Shown here in pieces: positions 42,456-56,971 of a DNA stretch of 64,000 bases. Origin of the DNA: an uncultured Acidobacteriota bacterium. Its GTDB lineage: Bacteria; Acidobacteriota; Vicinamibacteria; Vicinamibacterales; Fen-181. How positions within the stretch are numbered: position 1 is the stretch's first letter; each line of letters opens with the position of its first letter. A model generated the notes under the pieces. It was not told where the DNA came from, made no database searches, and saw only the letters and a list, made by a program, of their open reading frames with translations. The stretch is taken from NCBI GenBank assembly GCA_963727765.1, contig CAVSGZ010000013.1:559956-623955 (forward strand), given 5' to 3'. A program made the translations under genes and the position numbers.

Positions 42456-43565
42456 ATGGAACTAGTTGTCCGCAAGAGCGACCTGCTGCGTGAACTGCAA
42501 CTCTTCCAGGGAATCGTCGAGCGGAACAACACGATTCCCGTGCTCGCCAACGTCCTCATGGAGGCCGAAGGCGACCAACTCCGGTTCCTGGCCACCGATC
42601 TCCAGGTGGCGCTGCGCAGCCAGTGCCCGGCGTCGGTCGCCAAGGGCGGGAAGCTGACGCTGCCGGCCAAGAAACTCTTCGAGATCATCCGCATGCTGCC
42701 CGAGACCGAGATCCGGATCGAGCAGGACAAGTCGGGCGTACGCGTGGCGGCCGATCGCTTCGACTCGAGGATGCAGGCAATGCCCGCCGACGACTTTCCC
42801 ACGCTACCGCACCCGTCCGGCACCGCGACGCTGACGCTGCCCGCTGCGAGGCTGGGCGAGATGATCGCGCGCACGCAGTTTGCGACGACGAGCGACGACA
42901 CGCGGTACTTCCTCAACGGCGTTCTGCTCGTCGCCGGCGCCGGACACTTCTCGCTGGTGGCCACCGACGGGCACCGCCTCTCGCTCGTCAGGGCGGACAT
43001 CGACGGCGAGGGCCCGGCTGAGGAAGTGCGGGTGCTGCTGCCGAAGAAGACCGTGGCCGAGCTCGCGCGGCTGGCGTCGGAGACGGAGAACCCGGTCGAG
43101 TACGAGCGCCAGGAAAACCACCTCTTCTTCAAGGTGGGGGAGCGCGTGCTCATCTCGCGGATGATCGAGGCGCAGTTCCCGGCCTTCGAGCGCGTGGTGC
43201 CGAAGGGGAACGACAAGGTGATCGAGTTCGAGCGCGAGCGCCTCGCCAACGCCCTCAAGCGCGTCGGCCAGCTGTCGCCCGAGCGCTCCAAGGCCGTCCG
43301 GTTCGCGATCGAGGAGGGCAAGGTCGAGGTGTCGTCGAGCAGCCCCGAGTTCGGGGAGGCGAAGGAGACGATCCTCATCGACGACTACAAGGGGAGCCCG
43401 CTGCAGATCGGCTTCAACGGCCAGTACGTGCTCCAGTTCCTCGACGTGGTCGGCACCGACAAGGTGGCGCTCGAGCTCAAGGACGAAGTCAGCCAGGCCG
43501 TCATGAGACCGGTCGGCCAGGACGGGTTCGCCTACACGTACGTGCTGATGCCGATGCGGTTCTAG
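42456..43565 (+). CDS. dnaN: DNA polymerase III beta clamp
   Basis: [40 protein letters not shown]. Confidence 0.97.
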   Translation: MELVVRKSDLLRELQLFQGIVERNNTIPVLANVLMEAEGDQLRFLATDLQVALRSQCPASVAKGGKLTLPAKKLFEIIRMLPETEIRIEQDKSGVRVAADRFDSRMQAMPADDFPTLPHPSGTATLTLPAARLGEMIARTQFATTSDDTRYFLNGVLLVAGAGHFSLVATDGHRLSLVRADIDGEGPAEEVRVLLPKKTVAELARLASETENPVEYERQENHLFFKVGERVLISRMIEAQFPAFERVVPKGNDKVIEFERERLANALKRVGQLSPERSKAVRFAIEEGKVEVSSSSPEFGEAKETILIDDYKGSPLQIGFNGQYVLQFLDVVGTDKVALELKDEVSQAVMRPVGQDGFAYTYVLMPMRF

Positions 43566-43593
43566 GTCGCGTCCCCCGCGACGCGTTCCCGAG

Positions 43594-46177
<2,584 letters not shown>

Positions 46178-46182
46178 CTGCA

Positions 46183-48637
46183 ATGACCATCGCCGCCTCG
46201 AAGCTCCCGGTCAACATCGAAGACGAGATGAAGCGCTCGTACATGGATTACGCCATGAGCGTGATCATCGGGCGCGCGCTTCCCGACGTGCGCGACGGCC
46301 TCAAGCCGGCCCACCGCCGCGTGCTCTACGGCATGCGGACGATGGGGCTCTCGAGCACCCGCGCCTACCGCAAGTGCGCCAAGATCGTCGGCGAGGTGAT
46401 GGGCAACTACCATCCCCACGGGGACGCGGCGATCTACGACACGCTCGTCCGCCTCGCGCAGGACTTCAACATGCGGTCGCCGCTCGTCGACGGCCAGGGG
46501 AACTTCGGCTCGATGGACGGCGACCCGCCGGCGGCCATGCGCTACACCGAGGCCCGGCTCAAGCCGCTCGCCGAGGCGATGATGGCCGACCTCGAGAAGG
46601 AGACGGTGGATTTCGTCCCCAACTACGACGAGACCACCGAGGAACCGACGGTCCTGCCGGCGCCGTTCCCCAACCTGCTCGTCAATGGGTCGGTCGGCAT
46701 CGCCGTCGGGATGGCCACCAACGTCCCGCCGCACAACCTCCGCGAGGTGATCGACGGGACCCTCTGGCTCATCGAGCATGCGGCCGAGTCGGCCGAGGCC
46801 AAGCTCAAGGGACTGCTGCGCCTCATCCCCGGGCCGGATTTCCCGACCGGCGCCCGCATCGTCGGGCGGTCGGGCATCGTGCAAGCCTACATGACCGGCC
46901 GCGGCAGCATCACGATCCGCGCGAAGACCGCGGTGGAGGAGTCGGCGAAGGGCGATCGCAGCGCGATTGTCGTGAGCGAGGTTCCCTACCAGGTCAACAA
47001 GGCGAAGCTCATCGAGAAGATCGCCGAGCTCGTGCGGGACAAGACGATCGAGGGGGTTTCCGACCTGCGCGACGAGTCGGACCGCGACGGCCTCCGGATC
47101 GTCATCGAGCTGAAGCGCGGCGAACTCGCCGACGTCGTTCTCAACAACCTGTACAAGCACACGCCGCTCCAGGTGAATTTCGGCGTCATCGCGCTCGCGA
47201 TCGTCGGCGGCCGGCCCCGCTACCTGTCGCTCGTCGAGGCGCTCGAGCACTTCATCGAGTTCCGGCGCGAGGTCGTGCGGCGGCGGACCGAGTTCGAGCT
47301 CCGCAAGGCGGAGGCGCGGGCGCACATCCTCGAGGGGCTCAAGATCGCCCTCGATCGCCTCGACGCCGTCATCGCGCTCATCCGCGCTTCGAAGGCGCCG
47401 GCCGAGGCGCGCGAGGGGCTGATGGCCAGCTTCGGCCTGAGCCAGATCCAGTCCCAGGCCATCCTCGACATGCAGCTCCAGCGGCTCACCGGCCTCGAGC
47501 GGCAGAAGATCCTCGACGAGCTGGCCGAGGTGCGGGCCCTCATCGAGAGGCTGCGGGCCATCCTCGGCAGCGAAGCGCTGCTGACCGGGATCGTCGTCGA
47601 CGAGCTGAAGGAGATCCGGGAGAAGTTCGGCGACGCGCGCCGCACCGAGATCATCGAGGAGGCGGGGGAATTCCGGATCGAGGACCTCATCGCCGACGAG
47701 GACATGGCGATCACGGTCAGCAACACCGGCTATATCAAGCGCACCGCCGTGTCGAGCTACCGGACCCAGCGCCGCGGCGGACTGGGCCGCAAGGGGATGA
47801 GCATGCGCGAGGAGGACTTCGTCGCGCACCTGTTCATCGCCTCGACCCACGCCTACATCCTGATCTTCAGCGACAAGGGCCGGGTCTACTGGCTCAAGGT
47901 CTACGAAATCCCGGACGTCGGCCCCGACGGCAAGGGGAAGGCGATCGCCAATCTGGTCTCCATGCTGCCCGACGAGAAGATCGCCGCGCTGCTGGCAGTC
48001 CGGGAGTTCGAGGAGGGGCGGTTCGTCGTCATGGGCACCCGGCGGGGGGTGGTCAAGAAGACCGATCTCGCGGCCTTCCGGAACCCCAGGGCGGCCGGCA
48101 TCATCGCCATGGGCGTCGAGGAGGGGGACGCGGTGATCGCCGTGCAGCCAAGCGACGGGCAGGGCGAGGTCTTCATCGGGAGCAGGGACGGGATGGCCAT
48201 CCGGTTCCCGGAATCCGAGGTCCGATTCGACCGGGCGGGGGGCGTTCGGCGTCCGGGGCATCGCCCTTCGCGACGACGACGCGGCGGTGGCCATGGAAGT
48301 GGTGACCCCGGGGGGAACCGTCCTGACCGTGTCCGAGAACGGATTCGGCAAACGGACCGACCTCGACGAATATCGCGTGCAGTCGAGGGGCGGTTTGGGT
48401 ATTATCAACATCCACACGACCGACCGGAACGGGAAAGTTGTGGGCATCGCCTACGTGCGCGACGAGGATGAGCTGATGCTCATCACCCAGCAGGGGAAAG
48501 TCCTGCGGACGGGCGCTCGCGACGTCCGGACCATCGGACGAGCCACGCAGGGCGTGCGGCTCATCGGCGTGGAAGAGGACGACCGGGTCGTTTCGATCGC
48601 TCGGCTCGCAGAACGAGAAGAAGATCTCAACGAGTAG
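46183..48637 (+). CDS. gyrA: DNA gyrase subunit A; apparent +1 frameshift at about 48226
   Basis: [32 protein letters not shown] GyrA-box; deleting one T restores [15 protein letters not shown] and joins the last C-terminal blades. Confidence 0.93.
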
Positions 48638-48651
48638 AGAAGGAGGCTGGC

Positions 48652-49380
48652 ATGCATCGGCCGCGTTATCTTCGGTGTTTACTCCTCGCTCCCGTCCTGA
48701 TCGGCCTCGCGCTCGCCGCCGCGGGCTGCGGCGGGTCCGAGAACGACCTGATGATCAAGAAATTCTTCATGGCCTCAGGCGCGGGCGACACGGTCACGAT
48801 CGGGAACATCGCGACCGTCTCGTTCGATCCTAACCGGGACGGCCGGGCGCAGAACGTGTCGTTCGTCAGCGAGACGCCCGAGCAGACGCGGGTGCTGAAG
48901 ATCAAGGAGCTCGACCAGGCGTTCAAGGACGCCCAGGCCGCGGCAGCCGCCGTCAGCAAGGACATGAAGGACTACCAGGACAAGAACACCGAGGCGATCA
49001 ACCGGGTGCTCAAGGTCGAGCAGTCCGGCACCGGTCGGGTGACCGGCCGCGACGCCGACGTGCAGAAGGCCTGGACGGTCTGGCGCGAGAAGTCGTCGGT
49101 GGCCGAGAAGAAGCTGTCCGAGGCGCGGCAGGCGCTGCAGGTCGAGCGGAGGGTGGCCGACCTGAGCGTGCCCGACAAGGACGCGACCGCGTTCGACGCG
49201 ACCGAGGTGACCAAGGAAGTCACCGTCACGGCGAACGTGCGGACGCCCGACAACGAGACGACCAAGAAGACGCTGGTGCTCACGCTGCAGCGCGTCATTC
49301 TCAAGGACGCCAGCGGCAAGCCGCCGATCGAGGGCAAGTGGATGATCACCGACCTCAAGACGGCGCCTGCCGCCAAGTAG
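48652..49380 (+). CDS. Putative lipoprotein with coiled-coil insertion
   Basis: AGGAGG SD; signal peptide ending LAAAG-C lipobox; strong codon bias. Confidence 0.8.
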   Translation: MHRPRYLRCLLLAPVLIGLALAAAGCGGSENDLMIKKFFMASGAGDTVTIGNIATVSFDPNRDGRAQNVSFVSETPEQTRVLKIKELDQAFKDAQAAAAAVSKDMKDYQDKNTEAINRVLKVEQSGTGRVTGRDADVQKAWTVWREKSSVAEKKLSEARQALQVERRVADLSVPDKDATAFDATEVTKEVTVTANVRTPDNETTKKTLVLTLQRVILKDASGKPPIEGKWMITDLKTAPAAK

Positions 49381-49433
49381 GCCAGGCCGCGTCGGGTCGG
49401 AACGGGTGACCGGGCGGGCGGGACCGCCACACG

Positions 49434-49462
49434 AAGGGGCGCCGGACGGCGCCCCTTTATCT
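49434..49462 (+). terminator. Intrinsic terminator between convergent genes
   Basis: AAGGGGCGCC-GGAC-GGCGCCCCTT followed by TATCT. Confidence 0.7.
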
Positions 49463-49494
49463 TCGTACGGAAGCGCACCCCCGAGGGTGCGCGG

Positions 49495-51765
49495 TCAGAT
49501 GACTTCCAGGTTGGCGTAGCGGGCCAGCAGGCGTTTGGCGCCGACGCCGGCGAAGCGGACGACGAGCTTGACGTCGCCGTCGGCGGGCTCGACGCTGACC
49601 ACCGTTCCCACGCCGAATTTCTCGTGCCGCACCCGCATGCCGGGCGCGAGATGGCCGGGCCGCGACTGGTCCTCGTCCTCGTAAGCGTAGGCCGGCGCCC
49701 CCTCCCTGACCCTCGACGGCCCGCGCCTGGGCGATGACGTGCCCCGAACCGGCGGCTCGGCCCGATTCCAGCCGCCGCGCCGGCTGGCCCAGAGGGCCGG
49801 CTGGTAGAGCCCCGTCCCGAGCGGCTCGACCCGCTCGATGAGCTCCTCGGGCACTTCGTCGATGAACCTGGACGGCGCGGCCGGCCGGAACTCGCCGTAC
49901 CAGCGGCGGCGGCCGGCGCTGCCGAGATGGAGCTTGCGCTGCGCGCGCGTCATGCCGACGTAGCACAGCCGGCGCTCCTCCTCGAGCTCGGCTTCGTCCT
50001 CGCTCGACCGCGAGTGGGGGAACAACCCCTCCTCGAGGCCCGCGATGAAGACGACGGGGAACTCGAGCCCCTTGGCGCTGTGCAGCGTCATCATCATCAC
50101 GCGGGCGTCGGCCGCGCCCTCCGACTCGTCGGTGTCCGAGAGCAGCGAGAGCGTGTCGACGAAGCCGCCGAGCGAGGCTTCCCTTTCGCGCAGTTCGTAC
50201 TCCCGGGCCGCCGACACGAGCTCCGCGAGGTTCTCGATGCGCCCCTCGGCTTCCTCCGTGCGGTCCTCGCGCAGCGCCGACAGGTAGCCGGTCCGATCGA
50301 GCACCTTGCCGATGGCCGCGGAAGGCGGCTCCTGGCGCGCGACCTCCGCGAGGCCGAGGATGAGGTCGCGGAACACCCGCAGCGACGAGGCGGCGCGCCC
50401 GGTGAAGACGCCGCGGTCGAGGCCGCCGAGAAGCCGCGACCAGAGCGCGTGCGGCGAGATCTCCTCTCCGCCGGCGAGGCCGAGGCCGGCCGGCGCGGCG
50501 TCAAGCGCGTCCATCACGCCCTTGCCGATCCCCCGCGGCGGCACGTTGATCACGCGCCGCAAGCTCACGTCATCGGCCGGGTCGAGAACGAGCTTCAGGT
50601 AGGCGAGCGTGTCCTTGACTTCCTTGCGCTCGTAGAACCGGACGCTGCCGACGATCCGGTACGCGATTCCCTCGCGGCGCAGCGCGTCCTCGATCACGCG
50701 CGACTGCGCGTTGGTTCGGTAGAGGACGGCCATGGGCGTGTCGCCCGGCGTCCGTACCGCCTCGCGCGCGACGCGCGCGACCTCGTCCGCCTCCTCGAGT
50801 TCGTCGTTGGTCTGGTGGTAGCGAATCTTGTCCCCGCCCCGGGCCTCGGTCCAGAGCCGCTTGTCCTTGCGGTTGCGGTTCCGGCGAATGAGGGCCGAGG
50901 CGGCGTCGAGGATGACCTCCGTCGACCGGTAGTTGCGCTCGAGGCGCACCACGAAGGCGTCCGGGTAGTCGGCCTCGAAATCGAGGATGTTCCGCAGGTC
51001 GGCGCCGCGCCACTTGTAGATGGACTGATCGGGATCGCCGACGACGCAGATGTTGCGGTGCGCCTCGGCCATCCGCTTCATCAGGAGGTACTGCGGCCGG
51101 TTGGTGTCCTGGTACTCGTCGACGAGCAGGAAGCGGAACCGGGACGCGTAGCGCGCGCGGATCTCGGGCTTGTCGAACAGCGTCACCGTCTTGAGCAGCA
51201 GGTCGTCGAAGTCGAGCGCCTGGCTGTCCTCGAGCGCATGCTGGTAGCGCTCGAAGATTTTCCCGAGCTGCGCGTCGCGGGGATTGTAGCTGTCGGCAAA
51301 CGTCTCGGGCCCGAGGCACAGGTTCTTGGCGTGGCTGATCCGGCCGAGCGCGGCCCGGGGCTGCAGCAGCGAGTCGTCGATGCCCAGCTCGCGCATCGCC
51401 TGCCTGACCGCCGAGAGCTGGTCCGAGGAATCGTAGATGACAAAGTCGCGGGAGAGCCCGAGCGCCGGCGCCTCGCGCCGCAGCAGCCGGGCGCACAGCG
51501 AGTGAAAGGTCGATACCCACGCGCCGTCGGCCGCGCTGCCGAGCAGCGCCGCCACGCGCTGCTGCATCTCCTCGGCCGCCTTGTTGGTGAAGGTGACCGC
51601 GACGACCTCGCGCGGGTCGGCATGTCCCGCGCCGATCAGGTGGGCGATCCGGTAGGCGATGACGCGGGTCTTGCCCGAGCCGGCGCCGGCGAGGATGAGC
51701 AGGGGGCCGTCGACCCGCAGCACGGCGTCGCGCTGCTCGGGGTTCAGTTCGTCGAGAAAATCCAC
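49495..51765 (-). CDS. pcrA: ATP-dependent DNA helicase UvrD/PcrA
   Basis: LAGAGSGKT, VDEYQDTN, GDPDQSIY, NYRST, TLHSAKGLEF, EERRLCYVGMTRA, C-terminal Tudor-like domain (VRHEKFGVG). Confidence 0.94.
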   Translation of the reverse strand: MDFLDELNPEQRDAVLRVDGPLLILAGAGSGKTRVIAYRIAHLIGAGHADPREVVAVTFTNKAAEEMQQRVAALLGSAADGAWVSTFHSLCARLLRREAPALGLSRDFVIYDSSDQLSAVRQAMRELGIDDSLLQPRAALGRISHAKNLCLGPETFADSYNPRDAQLGKIFERYQHALEDSQALDFDDLLLKTVTLFDKPEIRARYASRFRFLLVDEYQDTNRPQYLLMKRMAEAHRNICVVGDPDQSIYKWRGADLRNILDFEADYPDAFVVRLERNYRSTEVILDAASALIRRNRNRKDKRLWTEARGGDKIRYHQTNDELEEADEVARVAREAVRTPGDTPMAVLYRTNAQSRVIEDALRREGIAYRIVGSVRFYERKEVKDTLAYLKLVLDPADDVSLRRVINVPPRGIGKGVMDALDAAPAGLGLAGGEEISPHALWSRLLGGLDRGVFTGRAASSLRVFRDLILGLAEVARQEPPSAAIGKVLDRTGYLSALREDRTEEAEGRIENLAELVSAAREYELREREASLGGFVDTLSLLSDTDESEGAADARVMMMTLHSAKGLEFPVVFIAGLEEGLFPHSRSSEDEAELEEERRLCYVGMTRAQRKLHLGSAGRRRWYGEFRPAAPSRFIDEVPEELIERVEPLGTGLYQPALWASRRGGWNRAEPPVRGTSSPRRGPSRVREGAPAYAYEDEDQSRPGHLAPGMRVRHEKFGVGTVVSVEPADGDVKLVVRFAGVGAKRLLARYANLEVI

Positions 51766-51768
51766 TCC

Positions 51769-53628
51769 CTATTCTACCGTGACGCTCTTGGCGAGGTTGC
51801 GCGGCTGGTCGACGTCGCAGCCCCGGCGCACCGCGATGTGGTAGGCGAGCAGCTGCAGCGGGATCACGGTGACGAGCGGCGTGAGCCGCGGCGGCGCCTC
51901 CGGGAGGCTGACGATCGAGTCGTGCTCGGTGTCGAGCAGGCTCTCGACCAGCTCGTCGCGGCCGGTGGTGAGCGCGATGACCGAGCCGCCGCGCGCCTTC
52001 ACCTCCTGGATGTTGCTCAGCATCTTCTCGAACACGTGATCGCGCGGCGCGAGCGCCACGACCGGCATCTGCTCGTCGATGAGCGCAATCGGCCCGTGCT
52101 TCATCTCGCCGGCGGGGTAGCCCTCGGCGTGGATGTACGAGATCTCCTTCAGCTTGAGCGCCCCCTCGAGCGCGATCGGGTAGTTGATGCCGCGGCCGAG
52201 GAACAGGAAGTCGCGCCGGTTGTAGAAGCGCCGCGCGATCTCGTCCACGAGCGCCGAGACGCGCAGCGTCTGGTCGATGAGCGTCGGCACCTGGAGCAGC
52301 CCCTCGATCTCCTGGCGCGCCTGCTCGGGCGCGATCGCGCCGCGCACCTGCGCGAGGTGCAGCGCCAGCAGGTGCAGCGCGACGAGCTGCGAGGTAAAGG
52401 CCTTGGTGGAGGCGACGCCGATCTCGGGCCCCGCGTGCGTGTAGATCGTCCCCTCGCTCTCCCTCGTCGCCATGCTGCCGACGACGTTGCAGATCGCGAG
52501 GCTGCGGGCGCCGTGCGACTTGGCCTCGCGCAGCGCGGCCAGCGTGTCGGCCGTCTCGCCCGACTGCGTGATGACCACCGCCAGGGTCCGACGGCCGACG
52601 ATGGGCGAACGGTAGCGGTACTCGGACCCGTAGTCGATCTCGACCGGGAGGCGCGCGAGGCCCTCGATGAGGTACTTGCCGACGAGCCCGGCGTGCCAGG
52701 AGGTCCCGCACGCGATGATCGTGACGCCATCGACGGCGGCCAGGTCCGCGTCAGGCAGCGTCATCTCCTCGAGAAAGACGCGGCCGGTGTCGAGCGAGAC
52801 GCGGCCGAGGACCGTGTCGCGCGCGGCCTGCGGCTGCTCGAAGATCTCCTTGAGCATGAAGTGCTTGAAGCCGGCCTTCTCCGCCTGGATCGGGTCCCAG
52901 AGCACCCGCTGCGGCCGGCGATCGAGCGCCGTTCCTGAAAAGGTGCTGAAGGCGACGCCGGACGCGGTGAGCACCGCCATCTCCTCGTCGGCGAGGAACA
53001 CCACGTCTCGCGTGTGCGCGAGAATCGCGGGGATGTCCGAGGCGACGAAGTACTCGCCGTCGCCCAGGCCCACCACGAGGGGCGGCCCGTTGCGGGCGGC
53101 GACGATCTTCTGCGGCTCGGTGGAGGAGAGCACCACCAGCGCGAACATCCCGCGCATCCGGGCCAGCGCCCGCCGCGTCGCCCCCTCGAGGCCGCCGCCG
53201 TTGCCGCCCGCCGCCTTCATCTCCTGCTCGATGAGGTGCGCCACGATCTCGGTGTCGGTCTCGGTGACGAACGCGTGGCCGAGCGCCTGCAGCTCGCGCT
53301 TGAGCTCGAGGTAGTTCTCGATGATGCCGTTGTGGACCACGACGATGCGGCCGGTGCAGTCGCGGTGAGGATGGGCATTCTCCTCGGTCGGGCGGCCGTG
53401 GGTGGCCCAGCGAGTGTGGCCGACGCCGTACTCGCCGTCGAGCGGGTCGGCGGCGATGACCTCCTCGAGGCGCGACAGCTTGCCGGCGCTGCGTCGCAGG
53501 CTGATCACGCCCTGGCGCACGACGGCCACGCCAGCCGAATCGTAGCCGCGGTACTCGAGACGCCGCAGGCCGTCGAGCAGGACCGGGACAACGGGCTTGG
53601 GGCCGATATAGCCGATGATGCCGCACAT
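51769..53628 (-). CDS. glmS: Glutamine--fructose-6-phosphate aminotransferase
   Basis: [38 protein letters not shown]. Confidence 0.97.
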   Translation of the reverse strand: MCGIIGYIGPKPVVPVLLDGLRRLEYRGYDSAGVAVVRQGVISLRRSAGKLSRLEEVIAADPLDGEYGVGHTRWATHGRPTEENAHPHRDCTGRIVVVHNGIIENYLELKRELQALGHAFVTETDTEIVAHLIEQEMKAAGGNGGGLEGATRRALARMRGMFALVVLSSTEPQKIVAARNGPPLVVGLGDGEYFVASDIPAILAHTRDVVFLADEEMAVLTASGVAFSTFSGTALDRRPQRVLWDPIQAEKAGFKHFMLKEIFEQPQAARDTVLGRVSLDTGRVFLEEMTLPDADLAAVDGVTIIACGTSWHAGLVGKYLIEGLARLPVEIDYGSEYRYRSPIVGRRTLAVVITQSGETADTLAALREAKSHGARSLAICNVVGSMATRESEGTIYTHAGPEIGVASTKAFTSQLVALHLLALHLAQVRGAIAPEQARQEIEGLLQVPTLIDQTLRVSALVDEIARRFYNRRDFLFLGRGINYPIALEGALKLKEISYIHAEGYPAGEMKHGPIALIDEQMPVVALAPRDHVFEKMLSNIQEVKARGGSVIALTTGRDELVESLLDTEHDSIVSLPEAPPRLTPLVTVIPLQLLAYHIAVRRGCDVDQPRNLAKSVTVE

Positions 53629-53642
53629 GGCCGTCTTCGCTC

Positions 53643-55040
53643 CTAGGTCTTCTTTTCGGCTCCGCGCCCCATCTTCTTCAATGCGACCCAGCCCTCCTTG
53701 TTCTCCTGGCGGCCCCGGGCGATCCCGAGCGCCCCGGCCGGCACGTCCTTCGTGATGGACGAGCCGGCCGCGACGTAGGCCCCGCGCCCGATTCGGACCG
53801 GCGCGATGAGCTGCGTGTCGCTGCCGATGAAGACCTCGTCCTCGATCACCGTCGGGCTCTTGCGCACCCCGTCGTAGTTGCAGGTGATCGTGCCCGCCCC
53901 GATGTTCACCTTCTCGCCGATCGTCGCGTCGCCGAGGTAGGCGAGGTGGCTGGCCTTCGACCCCGCGCCGAGCCGGGTTTTCTTGAGCTCGACGAAGTTC
54001 CCGACCCGCGAGCCGGCGCCGAGATCCGATTCGGGGCGGAGGTGGGCGAAGGGGCCGACGCGCGCGCCGGCCGCGATTCGTGCGCCGACGATCAGGCAGT
54101 GATCGAGCACGGTGACGTCGTCGGCCAGCTGGGAGTCGACGATGCGAACGCCGCCGTGGATGACGGCGCGAGCCCCGATTCGGGTCCGGCCCAGGAGGTG
54201 GACGCCGGGCTTGATCACGCTGTCCGGCCCCACGATGACGCCGGCGTCCACGTAGACCGTGGCGGGGTCTTCGAGCGTCACGCCCGACGCCATCAGCGCG
54301 TCGCGCCGCCGCTGCCAGACGCGGGCGCTCATCGCGGCAAGCTCGGCGCGTGTGTTGACGCCGAGGATCTCCTCGGGACGGGCGACCGGGATCGCCACCA
54401 CGCGACGGCCGGCGCGACGGTAGATCCCGACCAGGTCCGGGAGGTAGTACTCCCGCTGCGAGTTGGTCGACGCGATCTGGTCCAGGGCTGGAAAGAGCGG
54501 CTCGAGGTCGAACGCGTAGATCCCGGCGTTGATCTCGCGGATCTCCCGCTCGGCGGCCGACGCGTCGTGGTGTTCGACAATGCCCGCCACCGCCTCGCCG
54601 TCGCGGAGGATGCGCCCGTAGCCCGACGGATCATCCACCACCGCCGTCAGGAGCGTGGCGGCCGCCCCGGCTTCCTCGCGCCGCGCCACCAGCGCGCGAA
54701 GCGTCTCGGGCGAGAGCAGCGGCACGTCGCCCGAGAGGACGACGAGCGTGCCGCGCAGGCCCGACAGCAGCGGGGCGGCCTGCTGGACGGCGTGCGCCGT
54801 GCCAAGCTGCGGCTCCTGGAGCACGAAGCGGAGATCGGCGTCGGCGGCCAGCGCCGCGCGCAACTCGTCGGCCTGGTAGCCCACGACCAGCGTCCTGGTG
54901 GCGGCGCCGAGCGACGCCGAGGCGGCGAGGACGTAGTCGATCATGGGGGCGCCGGCCACAGCGTGGAGCACTTTCGGCCGGGCGGACTTCATGCGCGTGC
55001 CCTTGCCGGCGGCAAGGATCAGGACGTGACACATGGACAT
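53643..55040 (-). CDS. glmU: Bifunctional UDP-GlcNAc pyrophosphorylase / glucosamine-1-phosphate acetyltransferase
   Basis: [39 protein letters not shown]. Confidence 0.96.
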   Translation of the reverse strand: MSMCHVLILAAGKGTRMKSARPKVLHAVAGAPMIDYVLAASASLGAATRTLVVGYQADELRAALAADADLRFVLQEPQLGTAHAVQQAAPLLSGLRGTLVVLSGDVPLLSPETLRALVARREEAGAAATLLTAVVDDPSGYGRILRDGEAVAGIVEHHDASAAEREIREINAGIYAFDLEPLFPALDQIASTNSQREYYLPDLVGIYRRAGRRVVAIPVARPEEILGVNTRAELAAMSARVWQRRRDALMASGVTLEDPATVYVDAGVIVGPDSVIKPGVHLLGRTRIGARAVIHGGVRIVDSQLADDVTVLDHCLIVGARIAAGARVGPFAHLRPESDLGAGSRVGNFVELKKTRLGAGSKASHLAYLGDATIGEKVNIGAGTITCNYDGVRKSPTVIEDEVFIGSDTQLIAPVRIGRGAYVAAGSSITKDVPAGALGIARGRQENKEGWVALKKMGRGAEKKT

Positions 55041-55093
55041 GCGCCTATTGAAGCACACTTGCGGGCCGGCCCGTCGACGGTTGTCGAGCGGGC

Positions 55094-55849
55094 CTACCGC
55101 CTGCGCGCGGTGGTCCGACGCTGGGGCGCCGCCGGCGGCGGCGCGACGGAGGCATGGAAGCCGGCGTTCTGCCGTAACGGCTCGAGGTCCGCGTCCGCCG
55201 ACGACAGGAACCTGTTCTCCGGGTTCAACTCGACCGCGCGCCGGAGGTGCGCCAGCGCCTGCTCGACGTCGCCCATCGAGGTGAGAGCCACCGTGAGCAG
55301 GTATTGCACGTGATCGCTTTCGGGGTTCTCCGCCTCGAGCGTCCGCAGCAGCCGCAAGCCCTCGTCGAGCGATCCGCGGTTGATGGAGACGGTGGCGGCG
55401 TTGAGCCGATCGTCGAACGAGCGCGGCTTGAGTCCCGCGCCCCTCGCCTGGCGCTCGCAGATGCTCAGGTAGACGCGCGCGCGCTCCTGCATCTCCTTCT
55501 CGTCGGGAAAATCGGAGACCACCGCCTTGAACGCCGCCGCCGCCCGATCGAACTGGCGCTGTTGCAGCGCCTTGAACCCTCGCTCGAAGGCCTGCACGGC
55601 GTGATGGTGCGAAGGCGCGTGAGAGGGCGGAGCAGGTTGGGGGCGCTTGAGCTTCGGCCGCGCGACAGGCGGCCTGGCCGTCGGCTTTCTGGCGGGCTTC
55701 TTGCCAGCCGGCGGGGCCGCGCTGCGCCGCTTGGCTGGAGCCGCGGACGCACGAACTGGCTTGCGGACCCTCTTCGTCCTGGAATTGACACGAGCAACCG
55801 GCTTCTTCTTCGCGGTCGGCCTGGAGACGGTGCGTCGCTGCTTGGGCAT
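55094..55849 (-). CDS. TPR protein with a K/R/A/P-rich basic N-terminal tail
   Basis: MPKQRRTVSRPTAKKKPVAR...; TPR-like helices; LRRAVELNPENR...DADLEPLR ending. Confidence 0.8.
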   Translation of the reverse strand: MPKQRRTVSRPTAKKKPVARVNSRTKRVRKPVRASAAPAKRRSAAPPAGKKPARKPTARPPVARPKLKRPQPAPPSHAPSHHHAVQAFERGFKALQQRQFDRAAAAFKAVVSDFPDEKEMQERARVYLSICERQARGAGLKPRSFDDRLNAATVSINRGSLDEGLRLLRTLEAENPESDHVQYLLTVALTSMGDVEQALAHLRRAVELNPENRFLSSADADLEPLRQNAGFHASVAPPPAAPQRRTTARRR

Positions 55850-55974
55850 GAGCTTGTCCACCGAGAAGGCGGCGCCCGGATGACGAGTCGTGATTGGCGG
55901 CGCTAACTTAACAAATGGGCTGGATTCGGTCAAGCCGGCATTGCGCGGGTTCTTGCTGGCCAGGCGCTATTTTG

Positions 55975-56827
55975 TCATTCGACCGAGCGCCTGGCGTCCT
56001 CGATGGCCTTGTAAATATCGCGTGAACTCATGCCGTAGCGGTCGGCCAATCGCCCAATGGCCTCTCTTCGGGACAAACCCTCGTGTTCTGTTATTTGACA
56101 GAACACGTCCAGCAATATCGACGATGACGGCAATGGTTCGGCTGGCGCGTTGTCGTCTTGGGCCCCGCCGAGCACGATTGTAAATTCACCGCGTGATTTC
56201 GGTCATTCGACCAATGACATCGGAGATCTTTCCACGAATCAGCTCCTCGTGGACCTTGGTCAGCTCCCGTCCGACGACAACGGGCCGGTCGCCAACGACG
56301 CGGAGGATGGCTTCGAGCGTCCCCCGCACCCGGTGCGGAGCCTCGAAAAAGACGAGGGTCTCGCGGCGGGCGCCCAATTCGGCAAGCCAGCGGTCCCTGG
56401 CTTGTTGCCGGGGTGGCGGGAACCCGACGAACGAGAACGAACTCGTCGGCAGGCCGGAGGACACGAGCGCCGTCAGCACCGAGCTTGCGCCGGGGATGGC
56501 CTCGACCCTGAATCCGGCATCGATGGCCGCCCTGACCAGCCGGTATCCGGGGTCGGAAATGCCGGGGGTCCCGGCGTCGGAGACGAGCGCCACGCTCTCG
56601 CCGGCGGCCAGCCGGGCGAGCAGCCGCGGCGTCTTCTCGCGCTCGACCTGTTCGTAGAAACTCGTCGTGGGGGTATGGATGTCGAAGTGAGACAGGAGCT
56701 TGGCTGTGCGGCGCGTGTCCTCGGCCGCCACGAGCGCGACCTCGCGGAGCACCCGCAACGCCCGAAGCGTGATGTCCTCGAGATTGCCGATCGGCGTGGC
56801 GACGAGAAACAGCGTGGGTGAAGCCAT
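55975..56827 (-). CDS. rsmI: 16S rRNA C1402 2'-O-methyltransferase; apparent +1 frameshift at about 56198
   Basis: LVATPIGNLEDITLRA, AEDTR, VSDAGTPGISDPG, FEAPHR, RELTKVHEE; deleting one A restores RGEFTIVL and the C-terminal HTH. Confidence 0.9.
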
Positions 56828-56971
56828 GCCAGTCCAGCGTAATGACCGCGGCGCTTGAGATATTGTACCATTGGAATGAGGGGCAGTTTGCCGGCCGAAG
56901 GCTGGCGAGGCGGGCCTCGGGCCGCCGAGCCCATCCGACTTCCTGCAGGGTCGCCGAATTCGAGGGCACGC

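Noticed and set aside
49927-52938. Very long antisense or alternate-frame ORFs (for example 1003 aa here, 46174-48447, 18694-20589, 1560-3600)
   Set aside because: These are shadow ORFs expected from high GC3 bias opposite well-supported genes, with no recognisable motifs.
53629-53642. glmS ribozyme
   Set aside because: Only 14 nt separate glmU and glmS, leaving no room.
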